This document shows positions 48,670 through 57,983 of a DNA stretch of 64,000 nt, in pieces; the stretch's first letter is position 1; every line of letters starts with the position of its first letter. This DNA is from an uncultured Candidatus Saccharibacteria bacterium (lineage in GTDB: Bacteria; Patescibacteriota; Saccharimonadia; Saccharimonadales; Saccharimonadaceae). Both the position numbers and the translations under genes were made by a program. The stretch is taken from contig CAZKIA010000001.1 in the NCBI GenBank assembly GCA_964552765.1, forward strand, positions 61,983-125,982, in the 5' to 3' direction. The notes below the pieces were generated by a model. That model saw only the letters and a list, made by a program, of their open reading frames with translations, was not told the DNA's origin and made no database searches.

Positions 48670-49203
48670 TTATTCGTCCGCCGCTAGTTCACCAAAATTG
48701 TCTATATGAAATTGTCGTGCCAATGCAGCACCTACGAGTGAGTAATAAAACAAAGAAGGATAGAGCCTCTTCGCACTTGCCGCTACAACTTCGTTAGTTC
48801 GTGGCATTTCATGACCAAATAACTCAACCGCTTGTTCGATGTATCCCCTCACACTATCAGTTCCTTCGGCTTTTTTAAGTCCGGCGAGGTTATGATGAAG
48901 CGCCTTAAGACTAAAGCCAGACGTTGACGGTGATGCGCCAACCATACCTGCGATGCCTTCGATAGTCATCATCCCGTGATCAATTTCTTCTGAATACCCG
49001 CCGTCATTATAGGCGGTTCCTGCTGCATCAAGAAGTCGCGGATGGGTCATTTGAAAGAATAGCGAATTTCCCTCGACAGCTTCATGAGTTTCACGAACAA
49101 TCTTCTGATTTGCCATCATGAGTTCTAAAATCTCAGCATTCTCATCACTAAGATCATGTGCGGGAAATTCAGGCTGAGGCCGTATAACGATCAAATCTGG
49201 CAT
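48670..49203 (-). CDS. Hypothetical protein (177 aa)
   Basis: It is the first gene of a 3-gene coupled set. TATACT lies 8 nt upstream of the ATG. No motif recognised. Confidence 0.55.
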   Translation of the reverse strand: MPDLIVIRPQPEFPAHDLSDENAEILELMMANQKIVRETHEAVEGNSLFFQMTHPRLLDAAGTAYNDGGYSEEIDHGMMTIEGIAGMVGASPSTSGFSLKALHHNLAGLKKAEGTDSVRGYIEQAVELFGHEMPRTNEVVAASAKRLYPSLFYYSLVGAALARQFHIDNFGELAADE

Positions 49204-49253
49204 GATACGATAGTATACCCTCGTCTATCGAATAAGACTAGTAGCTATCGATA

Positions 49254-51872
49254 TTACGCGCGAACAAGCGATAATTCAGCAGTTGCTCGATCGGCAATCT
49301 TGTCCATAATTGGATTCACATCTTCATCCGTGAGTGTTGTCGTGTTGCTCGTAAAGGTTAGTCGAAGCGTTGTCGTCTTTGGCCCATCTGCTGTTTTTTG
49401 ATAGATACTGAGCGGCTCAATCATCGCATCGATATCATCTACTGCATCATTTATCACCTGCTGCACCAGACCAAAAATACGCTGATACTCTAATGTATTA
49501 TCCCCGCGTAATGATATATCTTGCACAGTACTGGGATAACGTGAAAGTGGTCGATATGCTGCGCTCGCCGTCGTGGCAGCTTGATGTACGCCCTGCATAT
49601 CAAGCGTCATAGCAGCCGTATATTTTGGCAACTTAAAGCTTCGGATCACCGACTGCTTGAGTTCACCAATCATACCAATAAATTGTCCGTCGCTTGTTTC
49701 AATGAGTGCACTGCGCGATTGATCAAACGGTGCCGTCACAGGGTAATCAAGTGGCTCCGCAATCACTTTATATTGCAATGTCAGGCCAAAGTCTTTGCCG
49801 AGCTGATCCATCAACCCTCGCATGTAAAAATACGCCGCACCATCTCGTGATGTTTTACTGGCATAAACTGCATCGATAAATTCCATCTCACTTGGGAGGC
49901 CATCATCGTCATTGGCATGGTATTTTTTATTGTGACCCTTGCCGATTTCGTACAGTACAAATTCGTCATGTCCTGCCTTGATATTCATGTGAACTTTGTC
50001 GAGCAGGCTTGGCAATACACTCAGCCGATAATACTGCAAGTCAGGACTCAGCGCATTGCTTAGACGAAATGCTTGCGTAGTGTCCTGTTCGGCTCGCTGC
50101 ATTGTTTTTTCATGCACAAAACTATAGGTTAACACTTCGTTGGCTCCACCACGAGCTAGACTATCACGAATTTTTTGCTTTGTCTCAATTGATGCATTCA
50201 TCTGTGCTGGGACTATGCTTCGACGCGGCAATTCACGAGGTAATTTGTCAAATCCATAGAGTCGCCCGATTTCTTCTACGACATCTTCAGGGTCGATAAT
50301 ATCAGTCCGCCAAAACGGCACATTCACATGCAAATCATCGTCGTTATCTTCTTTGTCATCAGGATTCCAGCCACAATCTTGGCATAACGGAAACTCAACA
50401 TTGCCAAGCAGCTGTACCATATCGTACTTGGAGATATCGAGCCCAAGTCGATCACGAATAAAAGCTGGCTTGATAGAGAGTGATGGCGATAGCTCATTAC
50501 TTTCAATTGCCTGGTCAAGGCTGCGAGGATGAAGATCATAGATATCACCTGCCCGCTTACCGCCTGCAACATCCATAATCGATGCCAGTGCGACGTCGAG
50601 TACCGCAGGGTTTTGCAGTGGCGACTGTCCTTTGTTGAACCGTGTCAATGCATCAGTAAATAACCCATGACGCATACTGGATCGACGGACGGTATACATA
50701 TCAAAGCTTGCTACTTCCAGCACAATATTTTTCGTATCATCACTCACTTCGCTATCAGCGCCACCCATAATCCCCGCCAGCCCCACCGGCCCTTCACCAT
50801 CTACGATCACGATATCAGACTCATCGAGCTCGTACGTCTTGTCATTGAGAAGTGTTATCTTCTCACCCTTATGCGCCATACGCGTACCGAGTATTTTCTC
50901 TTCCCTCTTCCCTCTTCCCTCTTCCCTCGGCTCCGAACCAGCTCGGAGCTTATCATAATCATACGCATGGGTAGGCTGTGCAGTCAGCAGCATCACATAG
51001 TTTGTCACGTCCACAATATTGTTAATCGGTTTCGATCCCATCGCCACTAGTGCGCATTGTAGCCACATCGGACTCGGCCCCACCGTCACGTCGCGTATCG
51101 CAACCGCCATAAACCTCGGCACTACATCTTCAGCATCATTTGCAACGTGTAGCTGCAGCTCTTCAGTCTCTTCATCTTGCGGTCTATCAGTTTTTTCCAT
51201 GTACCATGTTGGGCTTGTAAACTTCTCACCATAGATACCTGCGATCTCCCGCGCCACACCCAGTTGCCCAAACAAATCAGGACGGTGGGTAAACATCTTG
51301 TTTTCAATATCGATAATCGTGTCATTAAGGCCAAACACCTCAGCAAAGTTTTGACCAGCAGCCAACTGCTTTGTCGTACCAAATGGGGGTAAATCACTAT
51401 CTGTTAATTCAATAATCCCGGCATGATCCGTACCAATTGCCAGCTCATCTGCCGCCGCCAACATACCATTGCTATGAACGCCACGGATTTCGCGTTCGTC
51501 AAGCACAAAGGGTTGTACATCGCCATAACTCGCTGGCACCGTCGAGCCTGGCGGCAACCATATCGCCCACATATCAGCATGCACATTTGGCGCACCACAC
51601 ACCACCGTCACGAGGCCAGTAGAATCTAGATTTTGGATTTTAGATTTTGGAGTGTAGTCACCAATATCAATTTTGCAAACGCTGAGTTTGTCGGCATTCG
51701 GGTGTTTCTCGCACTCGATGACTTTCACGATCACAGCGTCTTTGTATTTATCCGCGAGATCAATAACTTCCTCAACTCCACCCAGCTGCTCATTGATGCG
51801 CTTCACGAGCTCATCGACCGGCGGCAACTCGAAATCGATATATTGTTTGATTGTATTTAGGCTAACTTTCAT
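49254..51872 (-). CDS. pheT: Phenylalanine-tRNA ligase beta subunit
   Basis: 872 aa, with the tRNA-binding OB, B3/4, B5 and FDX-ACB domain order (HPNADKL, VVCGAPN...). Confidence 0.95.
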   Translation of the reverse strand: MKVSLNTIKQYIDFELPPVDELVKRINEQLGGVEEVIDLADKYKDAVIVKVIECEKHPNADKLSVCKIDIGDYTPKSKIQNLDSTGLVTVVCGAPNVHADMWAIWLPPGSTVPASYGDVQPFVLDEREIRGVHSNGMLAAADELAIGTDHAGIIELTDSDLPPFGTTKQLAAGQNFAEVFGLNDTIIDIENKMFTHRPDLFGQLGVAREIAGIYGEKFTSPTWYMEKTDRPQDEETEELQLHVANDAEDVVPRFMAVAIRDVTVGPSPMWLQCALVAMGSKPINNIVDVTNYVMLLTAQPTHAYDYDKLRAGSEPREEGRGKREEKILGTRMAHKGEKITLLNDKTYELDESDIVIVDGEGPVGLAGIMGGADSEVSDDTKNIVLEVASFDMYTVRRSSMRHGLFTDALTRFNKGQSPLQNPAVLDVALASIMDVAGGKRAGDIYDLHPRSLDQAIESNELSPSLSIKPAFIRDRLGLDISKYDMVQLLGNVEFPLCQDCGWNPDDKEDNDDDLHVNVPFWRTDIIDPEDVVEEIGRLYGFDKLPRELPRRSIVPAQMNASIETKQKIRDSLARGGANEVLTYSFVHEKTMQRAEQDTTQAFRLSNALSPDLQYYRLSVLPSLLDKVHMNIKAGHDEFVLYEIGKGHNKKYHANDDDGLPSEMEFIDAVYASKTSRDGAAYFYMRGLMDQLGKDFGLTLQYKVIAEPLDYPVTAPFDQSRSALIETSDGQFIGMIGELKQSVIRSFKLPKYTAAMTLDMQGVHQAATTASAAYRPLSRYPSTVQDISLRGDNTLEYQRIFGLVQQVINDAVDDIDAMIEPLSIYQKTADGPKTTTLRLTFTSNTTTLTDEDVNPIMDKIADRATAELSLVRA
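50898..50928. repeat. Heptanucleotide microsatellite (CTCTTCC x 4.4) inside pheT
   Basis: The plus strand reads CTCTTCC CTCTTCC CTCTTCC CTCTTCC CTC. It encodes the PREEGRGKREEK stretch of PheT. Confidence 0.9.
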
Positions 51873-52444
51873 TGCATTGCCTCCTCTAATAGCTCGGGAA
51901 ATTCTTGTCCACCAAGTGAACGTAGGGTGAAGTGACCTTTATCTTTAAATCGCTTGACATCAACACCATTAACCTTGCTTAGAATCTCATCAACACTTTT
52001 ATGTATACTCTTGAAGTCGTCGTCTGAGACCATAACTGTTAGCCCTGCGGTTTTATCTATGAGATTTGGGTCAATCTCAAAGTCAAAAAATGTATCATCA
52101 AAAGGTTCTTCCCCCGTATCATAGCCCAGCCAAGGCGCTACTAGAACTACACGACCAACCTTAATGTTATTTTCGCTGAGCCATCTCACCAAGAAGCCAC
52201 CGCCGCAACTATGCCCAACAAGAATTGTCTCAGCCCCAATATCATAACGCTCCAATTCTCGTTTCCACACTTCATATTCCGGATAATATCCTCTAGGCAT
52301 TTCTATCGAAACAGTACTGATATCTTTTAAGATTAATTGTTTTGATAACCATGGAAACCAATGGTCATTACTCGCACTTGGACGAGCATTATCATAATAT
52401 TCTTGCTTAGTGTTCCAGCCGTGGATTAATAATGCGTTTTTCAT
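51869..52444 (-). CDS. Alpha/beta serine hydrolase (YdeN/RBBP9-like) between pheS and pheT
   Basis: 191 aa. The nucleophile elbow is GHSCGG, with candidate acid SDDD and candidate His KGHF. Its stop overlaps the pheT start by 4 nt, and its start lies 1 nt after the pheS stop. Confidence 0.75.
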   Translation of the reverse strand: MKNALLIHGWNTKQEYYDNARPSASNDHWFPWLSKQLILKDISTVSIEMPRGYYPEYEVWKRELERYDIGAETILVGHSCGGGFLVRWLSENNIKVGRVVLVAPWLGYDTGEEPFDDTFFDFEIDPNLIDKTAGLTVMVSDDDFKSIHKSVDEILSKVNGVDVKRFKDKGHFTLRSLGGQEFPELLEEAMQ

Positions 52445-52445
52445 A

Positions 52446-53486
52446 TTAGAACTGCCTCAGAAAATCTAATTTAGCACTCTCGAAATGTCGTACGTCTTCG
52501 ATGCCGTACTTCATCATGACGAGTCGGTCGATACCACAACCAAAGGCAAAGCCGGTGTAGACTTCTGGGTCTATGTCGGCTGCTCGCAGCACGTTGGGGT
52601 GGATCATGCCACAACCAAGCAGCTCGATCCAGCCCTCGCCACTACAAACTTTACATGCCTTATCTTTCTGCTCGCAAAATGGACATGACAACGCAAATTC
52701 AAATGACGGCTCGGTAAACGGAAAGTAGTAAGGATTCACGCGGACTTCAAGCTTCTTGCCATAATATTCTTCGAGGAATTTTTGCAGTGTCGCAATCAGC
52801 ATGCCAGCATGCACGCCTTTAGCTACATACACACCCTCGAGCTGATAAAACGTATGCTCATGCCGAGCATCCAAATCTTCATTACGAAATACCCGATCGG
52901 GCACAATTGCCGCAATCGCATCGCCAGCCTTTAGCTGGTCATAGTATTTCTTTAATACGCGATTTTGCATAGTGCTGGTGTGAGCAGGCGCAATGAGCGG
53001 GTCGCCATCTGCATCGGTTTCAATAGTCATGAACGTATCATAATCGTCTCGTGCTGGGTGACCTTTGGGAAAATTCAACGCTTCAAACATATGATATTGG
53101 TCATCAATCTCACGTGATTCTTCCGCTACAAATCCCATTCGATTCCAGATATCAATAATGTGCCGTATCTCCGCCATAAGAGGATGAATTGTGCCACGCG
53201 AGGCGGGTAATAGCTCTGGCGGTGAAGAGTTAACATCAAATGGTGCCGTCACATCAATTGGCGACAAAGCTATTGATTCCGTATCAGCGTCGGCAACTTT
53301 TTGTTTGAGCTCTTGGCTGAGTTCATTGATCGCTTTACCTAGTGCACCACGCTCCGACGCTTCTGCCTGGGGAATCTGGGCAAAGAGTTCTTTGAGCTCT
53401 GGGGCTTTCAATATATCGGCTTTGTTTTCGAGCGTATCAAACCGTTGCAATAGTTCATCACGAACAGCGGCAATTTTCTCATTCAT
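52446..53486 (-). CDS. pheS: Phenylalanine-tRNA ligase alpha subunit
   Basis: Class II motifs are present (FRNEDLDARHEHTFYQLEG, GFAFGCGIDRL), and the length is typical. Confidence 0.95.
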   Translation of the reverse strand: MNEKIAAVRDELLQRFDTLENKADILKAPELKELFAQIPQAEASERGALGKAINELSQELKQKVADADTESIALSPIDVTAPFDVNSSPPELLPASRGTIHPLMAEIRHIIDIWNRMGFVAEESREIDDQYHMFEALNFPKGHPARDDYDTFMTIETDADGDPLIAPAHTSTMQNRVLKKYYDQLKAGDAIAAIVPDRVFRNEDLDARHEHTFYQLEGVYVAKGVHAGMLIATLQKFLEEYYGKKLEVRVNPYYFPFTEPSFEFALSCPFCEQKDKACKVCSGEGWIELLGCGMIHPNVLRAADIDPEVYTGFAFGCGIDRLVMMKYGIEDVRHFESAKLDFLRQF

Positions 53487-53498
53487 ATACGTCTTATT

Positions 53499-53723
53499 CT
53501 ACCGTGATACCAAGAGGTACGCAACGCCCACAACTATCAGCATGCAGACAATCGCGATTATCGGCCCGAGATTTTGCGATTCGTGCATTTCGGTTTCCGT
53601 CCAGTTTTCGGGCTTCTCGTATTCGATTGGTTTATCAGTCGTACGAAGTTTTTCCTGAAGTTCTGCGGCAATTCGTTCTTGCAGTTCAGATCGTGGATTT
53701 TCTTTACGGATAAATAATGCCAT
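53499..53723 (-). CDS. Small tail-anchored membrane protein
   Basis: 74 aa, with a charged N-half and a single C-terminal TM helix (IIAIVCMLIVVGVAYLLV). Confidence 0.45.
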   Translation of the reverse strand: MALFIRKENPRSELQERIAAELQEKLRTTDKPIEYEKPENWTETEMHESQNLGPIIAIVCMLIVVGVAYLLVSR

Positions 53724-53838
53724 GTATATATAGTAGACCGTTATAGATGATTGGTAAATGTTTGTAACTGTCGCAAATATTCATAGACGAGTGACATGTG
53801 CTATACTTCATGCATAAAGTATAAGGGAGTTATGCCAT

Positions 53839-54759
53839 ATGGCCACCAAAGCCAAGACTACGTCAAAAGCACGCACTGCTAAGACACCACGACCTGCCGC
53901 TGCAAAAGCTGCACGAACTACCAAAAAAACAACTGTCGTCAAGACTGCACCTGTTGCAGCCGTACGAACAACTACAGAGCAAAAATCATATCGGCTCAGC
54001 AATGACCTATCCGGTGCACAAGTCATCGGCGAAATGGTCGGTACATTCCTATTTGTCTCACTCGTTATGGCGAGTGGCGGTAATCCATTCCTGATCGGTA
54101 TTGCACTTGTTGCGCTCGTTGCTGCATTCTTCGGTATCTCAGGTTCGCACTTGAACCCGGCGGTGTCATTTGGCCTATGGACAATGCGCAAGATCTCAGC
54201 AAGCAAAATGTTATTCTACCTCATGGCACAATTTGTAGGTGCCATCCTGGCAGTATTTGCCGTTTCAGCCTTTTCGGGTAAGAACCCTAGTATCTCACTT
54301 TCTAGTTTCTTGCAGTGGGACTGGCACATTGTGTTTGCTGAAGTTATCGGTACTGCTATCTTCATGTTCATGATTGCGGCTGCACTTAACCGTTCACAAA
54401 ATGACACAGCCAAAGCCGCTACAATTGGTCTCGGACTATTTGTAGCGTTAGTTATCTCAACCAGTCTTCTCCAGCAAGCTGTAACAGCCGAAAATACCAA
54501 ATTTACGACCGAGCAGCAAAAAGATTCTTCAAAGGATGTCTCGACTCCTCGCCTGCTTAAGGTTGGCGGTACTATCCTCAACCCTGCCGTTGCTTTCAGC
54601 CAAACAGAAACTGAAACTCAGAACTCTGCAATGGGTACTCAGACCACATCGACTGGCGCCAGCCGCTTGACACTCGAGACACTACTCGGTGCTATGGCCG
54701 GTGCTGCACTCGGTGGATGGCTCTACGCTCTACTGGCTCGCTATTCATCAGATAGCTAG
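53839..54759 (+). CDS. MIP-family channel (aquaporin/glycerol facilitator-like) with a K/A/T-rich N-terminal tail
   Basis: It has two NPA boxes (SGSHLNPAVSFGLW and GGTILNPAVAF). The ~55-aa basic tail reads MATKAKTTSKARTAKTPRPAAAKAARTTKKTT. GGGAG lies 9 nt upstream. Confidence 0.85.
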   Translation: MATKAKTTSKARTAKTPRPAAAKAARTTKKTTVVKTAPVAAVRTTTEQKSYRLSNDLSGAQVIGEMVGTFLFVSLVMASGGNPFLIGIALVALVAAFFGISGSHLNPAVSFGLWTMRKISASKMLFYLMAQFVGAILAVFAVSAFSGKNPSISLSSFLQWDWHIVFAEVIGTAIFMFMIAAALNRSQNDTAKAATIGLGLFVALVISTSLLQQAVTAENTKFTTEQQKDSSKDVSTPRLLKVGGTILNPAVAFSQTETETQNSAMGTQTTSTGASRLTLETLLGAMAGAALGGWLYALLARYSSDS

Positions 54760-54820
54760 CACTCTTTTGCTAACAAAAACTCCTGATCATCTCGGGAGTT
54801 TTTTATATGGGGATGAGTCG

Positions 54821-55891
54821 CTAGTCATCATCTTGCGGACGGTCAAGTAGTAGTGGTTCAACTGCAGGTGTCGTATCGGCAATCCGCACCACATCACGAT
54901 CCATGCGAGAGAGACTCTTGTGGGCGTTATTAAAATGACCGACCGATGTACCTAAACTATTGCCGAGCTTTTGCATATATGCATCATGCGCCTGGATATG
55001 TTTACCAAGTTCAGCTACTCGCTTCTGAATATCTTTGGCTTGTTCTTCAATCTGCAAACTCTTCAGACCTTGCATAACTGTCTGGAGATACGCGAGTAAT
55101 GTCGTCGGGCTAACAATGATAACTTTCTTGTCAATAAAAGCGTACTCTATAAGATCACGCGCATTGGTACCGGTCGCACCGACATTGTTAACTAGCAGGT
55201 CATAGTAGATAGCCTCGGATGGAATAAACATAAAAGCGTAATCAAGTGTATTTTCACTTGGTCGGATATATTTACTTGTCTCATCAATTCGGTTTTTTAG
55301 ATCTGACTTAAACGCTTTTACATGGATATCACGCTGTGTTTTGTCTTTTTCTTCAATCAGCCTATTGTAATTCTCGAGCGAAAATTTACTGTCGATTGGT
55401 ATCATTCGGCCCTTATCAAGTTTAATGACAGCATCGACGATCTCACCATCTTTAAACTTATATTGCATCTCATACACATGCGGCGGCAACACATTGCCAA
55501 GCACTGTGTCGAGGTAATACTCACCGAGACCACCGCGCTGCTTTGGATTTTGCAGGACATTCTGCAGAGTCTTTAACTCACTAGTTACATCCATGACACG
55601 CCGGTTCGTCTCATCCAGTCTTGCGAGTTTCTGTGTCACATCAGCGATGAGTTTTGCACTCTCACCAAGTTGCTTTTCCATACTTCCCTGCATCATCACT
55701 TGAGATTTCTCAAGACGATCACTCACCGTAGCCTGCAAGTTATCTTTGAGTGAGTCGACGGCCCGTCCTAGCTCTGTAATATCCTGCTTGATAAGCAATG
55801 ATGTATCAGCTGGTTTTTGACGCGTCAACATAACGACAATCACAATAAGTAGCGCGATTACAATAATTGCTAAAAATATCGATATATCCAT
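54821..55891 (-). CDS. rmuC: DNA recombination protein RmuC
   Basis: It has an N-terminal TM helix, a coiled coil and an RmuC C-domain. The start is taken at MDISIFL (55891), with TATACT 6 nt upstream. The track start at 55909 is a TTG. Confidence 0.8.
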   Translation of the reverse strand: MDISIFLAIIVIALLIVIVVMLTRQKPADTSLLIKQDITELGRAVDSLKDNLQATVSDRLEKSQVMMQGSMEKQLGESAKLIADVTQKLARLDETNRRVMDVTSELKTLQNVLQNPKQRGGLGEYYLDTVLGNVLPPHVYEMQYKFKDGEIVDAVIKLDKGRMIPIDSKFSLENYNRLIEEKDKTQRDIHVKAFKSDLKNRIDETSKYIRPSENTLDYAFMFIPSEAIYYDLLVNNVGATGTNARDLIEYAFIDKKVIIVSPTTLLAYLQTVMQGLKSLQIEEQAKDIQKRVAELGKHIQAHDAYMQKLGNSLGTSVGHFNNAHKSLSRMDRDVVRIADTTPAVEPLLLDRPQDDD

Positions 55892-55925
55892 ATGCTTAGT
55901 ATAGCGCAAGCAGTGTTAGTTTGTC

Positions 55926-56399
55926 TTACCAGTTAGCAAGAAGGAGACGAATCACCACAACGGAAACAATCGTAACAATCAACGCAACTGGAAAGTTCAT
56001 CAACCGATTGATCCAAGCATAATACATGTAGGCCAGACCAAACAGTATTGCCGCATATATGATGCCTAGCCACCAACTTGTCAAACTGAGCCATACATGG
56101 AATCCCCATAACGTGGCAACAGCAGCCAGGACAACCAGAAGTGGCCGCATAACAACAGCTCGAATCAACGCCACAAGTCCGAGGAAATTTGCAACAAGTA
56201 GCGCAATAATAACGGCAGTGATCGAGACGAAACCGCATGAAACACTATTGTTTCCACAGAGAATTGGCGTTAATACATATTTTTCTAGCCCTAACACGAG
56301 TACCCAAGAAAATATGCCCACAAACAAACCCGTAACAAATGTCTGCAACAATGTTGTCGGTACAAATGGCTGGTATTCGATGTAGCGTCGGTAATTCAT
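55926..56399 (-). CDS. 4-TM membrane protein, unknown function
   Basis: 157 aa and hydrophobic, with no recognised motif. Confidence 0.5.
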   Translation of the reverse strand: MNYRRYIEYQPFVPTTLLQTFVTGLFVGIFSWVLVLGLEKYVLTPILCGNNSVSCGFVSITAVIIALLVANFLGLVALIRAVVMRPLLVVLAAVATLWGFHVWLSLTSWWLGIIYAAILFGLAYMYYAWINRLMNFPVALIVTIVSVVVIRLLLANW

Positions 56400-56459
56400 A
56401 ATCGTATATTAAGACGAATTATATATGATTATTGTAGTTTATGCAAATAGCTGAAATCG

Positions 56460-57005
56460 TTATGCTTTTCTACGTAACGTTCGATACCATAGCGCACCAG
56501 CTAAACCAATAGCGATACCACCGACAACATCAAGGGGCGTATGGACAAGCGCCATTACTCGCGCCACACACATCACCACCACGCATAGCGCAAGGAGGAT
56601 TGTTGCGGTACGATTGCGAGTTACCCACCAAACGGCAGCCACGGCAACGGTCGCGAGCAACGCATGATCTGAAGGAAACCCAGGATTATTAATATAGGCG
56701 GCCCCCGCAGAAACGCCCTGTTCAATGAAGGGCCGGACAGTACTTGGCTGGTAGACAAGGCTGATAAGCTTTGCTATGAGCAACGACGTCAAGCCCGCCA
56801 TTATGACAACAGAAATGAGGTGAAGTTTGTGCGCAGAACGCCAAATATACCACAAACCGATACAGCCAGAAATTGCTAAAATGACAAGCAATAATCCGTC
56901 AGCCAGTAGCCTAATGAGTGTGTCCACGTGTAACTCCTTGTTTCGTTGCCGCAATCGAGCTCGTAATCGATGTTCCGACGATGAGGATACCCGCGAGTCC
57001 TGCAA
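56460..57005 (-). CDS. PAP2-family phosphatase
   Basis: It has PSDH and ARV..LVHTPLDV (SR-x5-H-x3-D-like) motifs. The track ORF overlaps the upstream gene by 95 nt, so the GTG at 56927 is a possible true start. Confidence 0.75.
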   Translation of the reverse strand: MQDSRVSSSSEHRLRARLRQRNKELHVDTLIRLLADGLLLVILAISGCIGLWYIWRSAHKLHLISVVIMAGLTSLLIAKLISLVYQPSTVRPFIEQGVSAGAAYINNPGFPSDHALLATVAVAAVWWVTRNRTATILLALCVVVMCVARVMALVHTPLDVVGGIAIGLAGALWYRTLRRKA

Positions 57006-57966
57006 TCAATTCTGGTATATCAACAAACAATCCTATGAGCAGAACGATTGCTAGCACGCCTATCGTGTAATGCGCTCCATGTTCAAGATAGCGATATGCG
57101 TGTAGTGTATGCCGGCGCACCATAAATATTGTCAGTGACCTCACCCACAATGCACCAACACCAAGACCGATTGCAATCAAGATAACATTTTTTGTGACGG
57201 CAAATGCACCAATGACACCATCAAAACTAAAGCTTGCATCAAGCACTTCGAGATATAAAAATGCCATCAAACCAGCTAAACCGCTTTTTAGCATGGCTTT
57301 ACCTGTGCCCGAGGATTGCCGTCGACTAAATAACTCCGCAAGGCCATGTATCAACAAATACGTCACGATGCCAACCGATCCTGATAGTAAAACATCATGG
57401 CGGTGCGCATCACCAACCAATATCCCAACTACCAACAATAGTGCGACACAGACTGCAGTATAGAGCCACCAACGACTCATATCCTGTAGCGGTTTCTCGA
57501 TTATATTGATCCAACGCACCTTGCGCTTCTTGTCGAAAAAGAAGTGAAGACACAGCATCATCAGGAACATGCCGCCAAACGAGGCAATAGAGGCGTGGGC
57601 ATTATGGAGCGCACGCGCATATTCATCAGGCTGATTGAGCGCTAGTTGCACTACTTGATTCGCACCCAATGAAGCGGTGACCATCACGATGACAATCGGA
57701 AAGATCACGCGCATACCAAATACCGCAATAAATATCCCCAGCGTTATAAACATATTTTGCCAAAATCGCGTGACACCACTGAGCACCTTTGCATTGATAA
57801 TGGCATTTTCAAAACTAAATGTGATCTCCACAAGCATCAAGACCAGTGCGATAAATGCTTTGTCCCATCCCATATATATACCAACAAGCATGAGAGCTAG
57901 TAGTGATATAAACCCCGAAATAAAGAAAATCCTAAAAGGGTGGTGAGGGTGAACAAGATGCTTCAT
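56911..57966 (-). CDS. DUF475/TerC-like integral membrane protein
   Basis: The repeated motif EITFSFENAIINAKVL / LEVLDASFSFDGVIGAFAV and FIAVFGMRVIFP match the family as I recall it. Confidence 0.65.
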   Translation of the reverse strand: MKHLVHPHHPFRIFFISGFISLLALMLVGIYMGWDKAFIALVLMLVEITFSFENAIINAKVLSGVTRFWQNMFITLGIFIAVFGMRVIFPIVIVMVTASLGANQVVQLALNQPDEYARALHNAHASIASFGGMFLMMLCLHFFFDKKRKVRWINIIEKPLQDMSRWWLYTAVCVALLLVVGILVGDAHRHDVLLSGSVGIVTYLLIHGLAELFSRRQSSGTGKAMLKSGLAGLMAFLYLEVLDASFSFDGVIGAFAVTKNVILIAIGLGVGALWVRSLTIFMVRRHTLHAYRYLEHGAHYTIGVLAIVLLIGLFVDIPELIAGLAGILIVGTSITSSIAATKQGVTRGHTH

Positions 57967-57983
57967 TACACAAGTAGTATAGC

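Noticed and set aside
53808-54206. 132-aa minus-strand ORF overlapping the start of the MIP channel gene
   Set aside because: It is antisense to the K/A/T-rich tail and first TM helices of a gene with two NPA boxes. Its composition mirrors the low-complexity tract.
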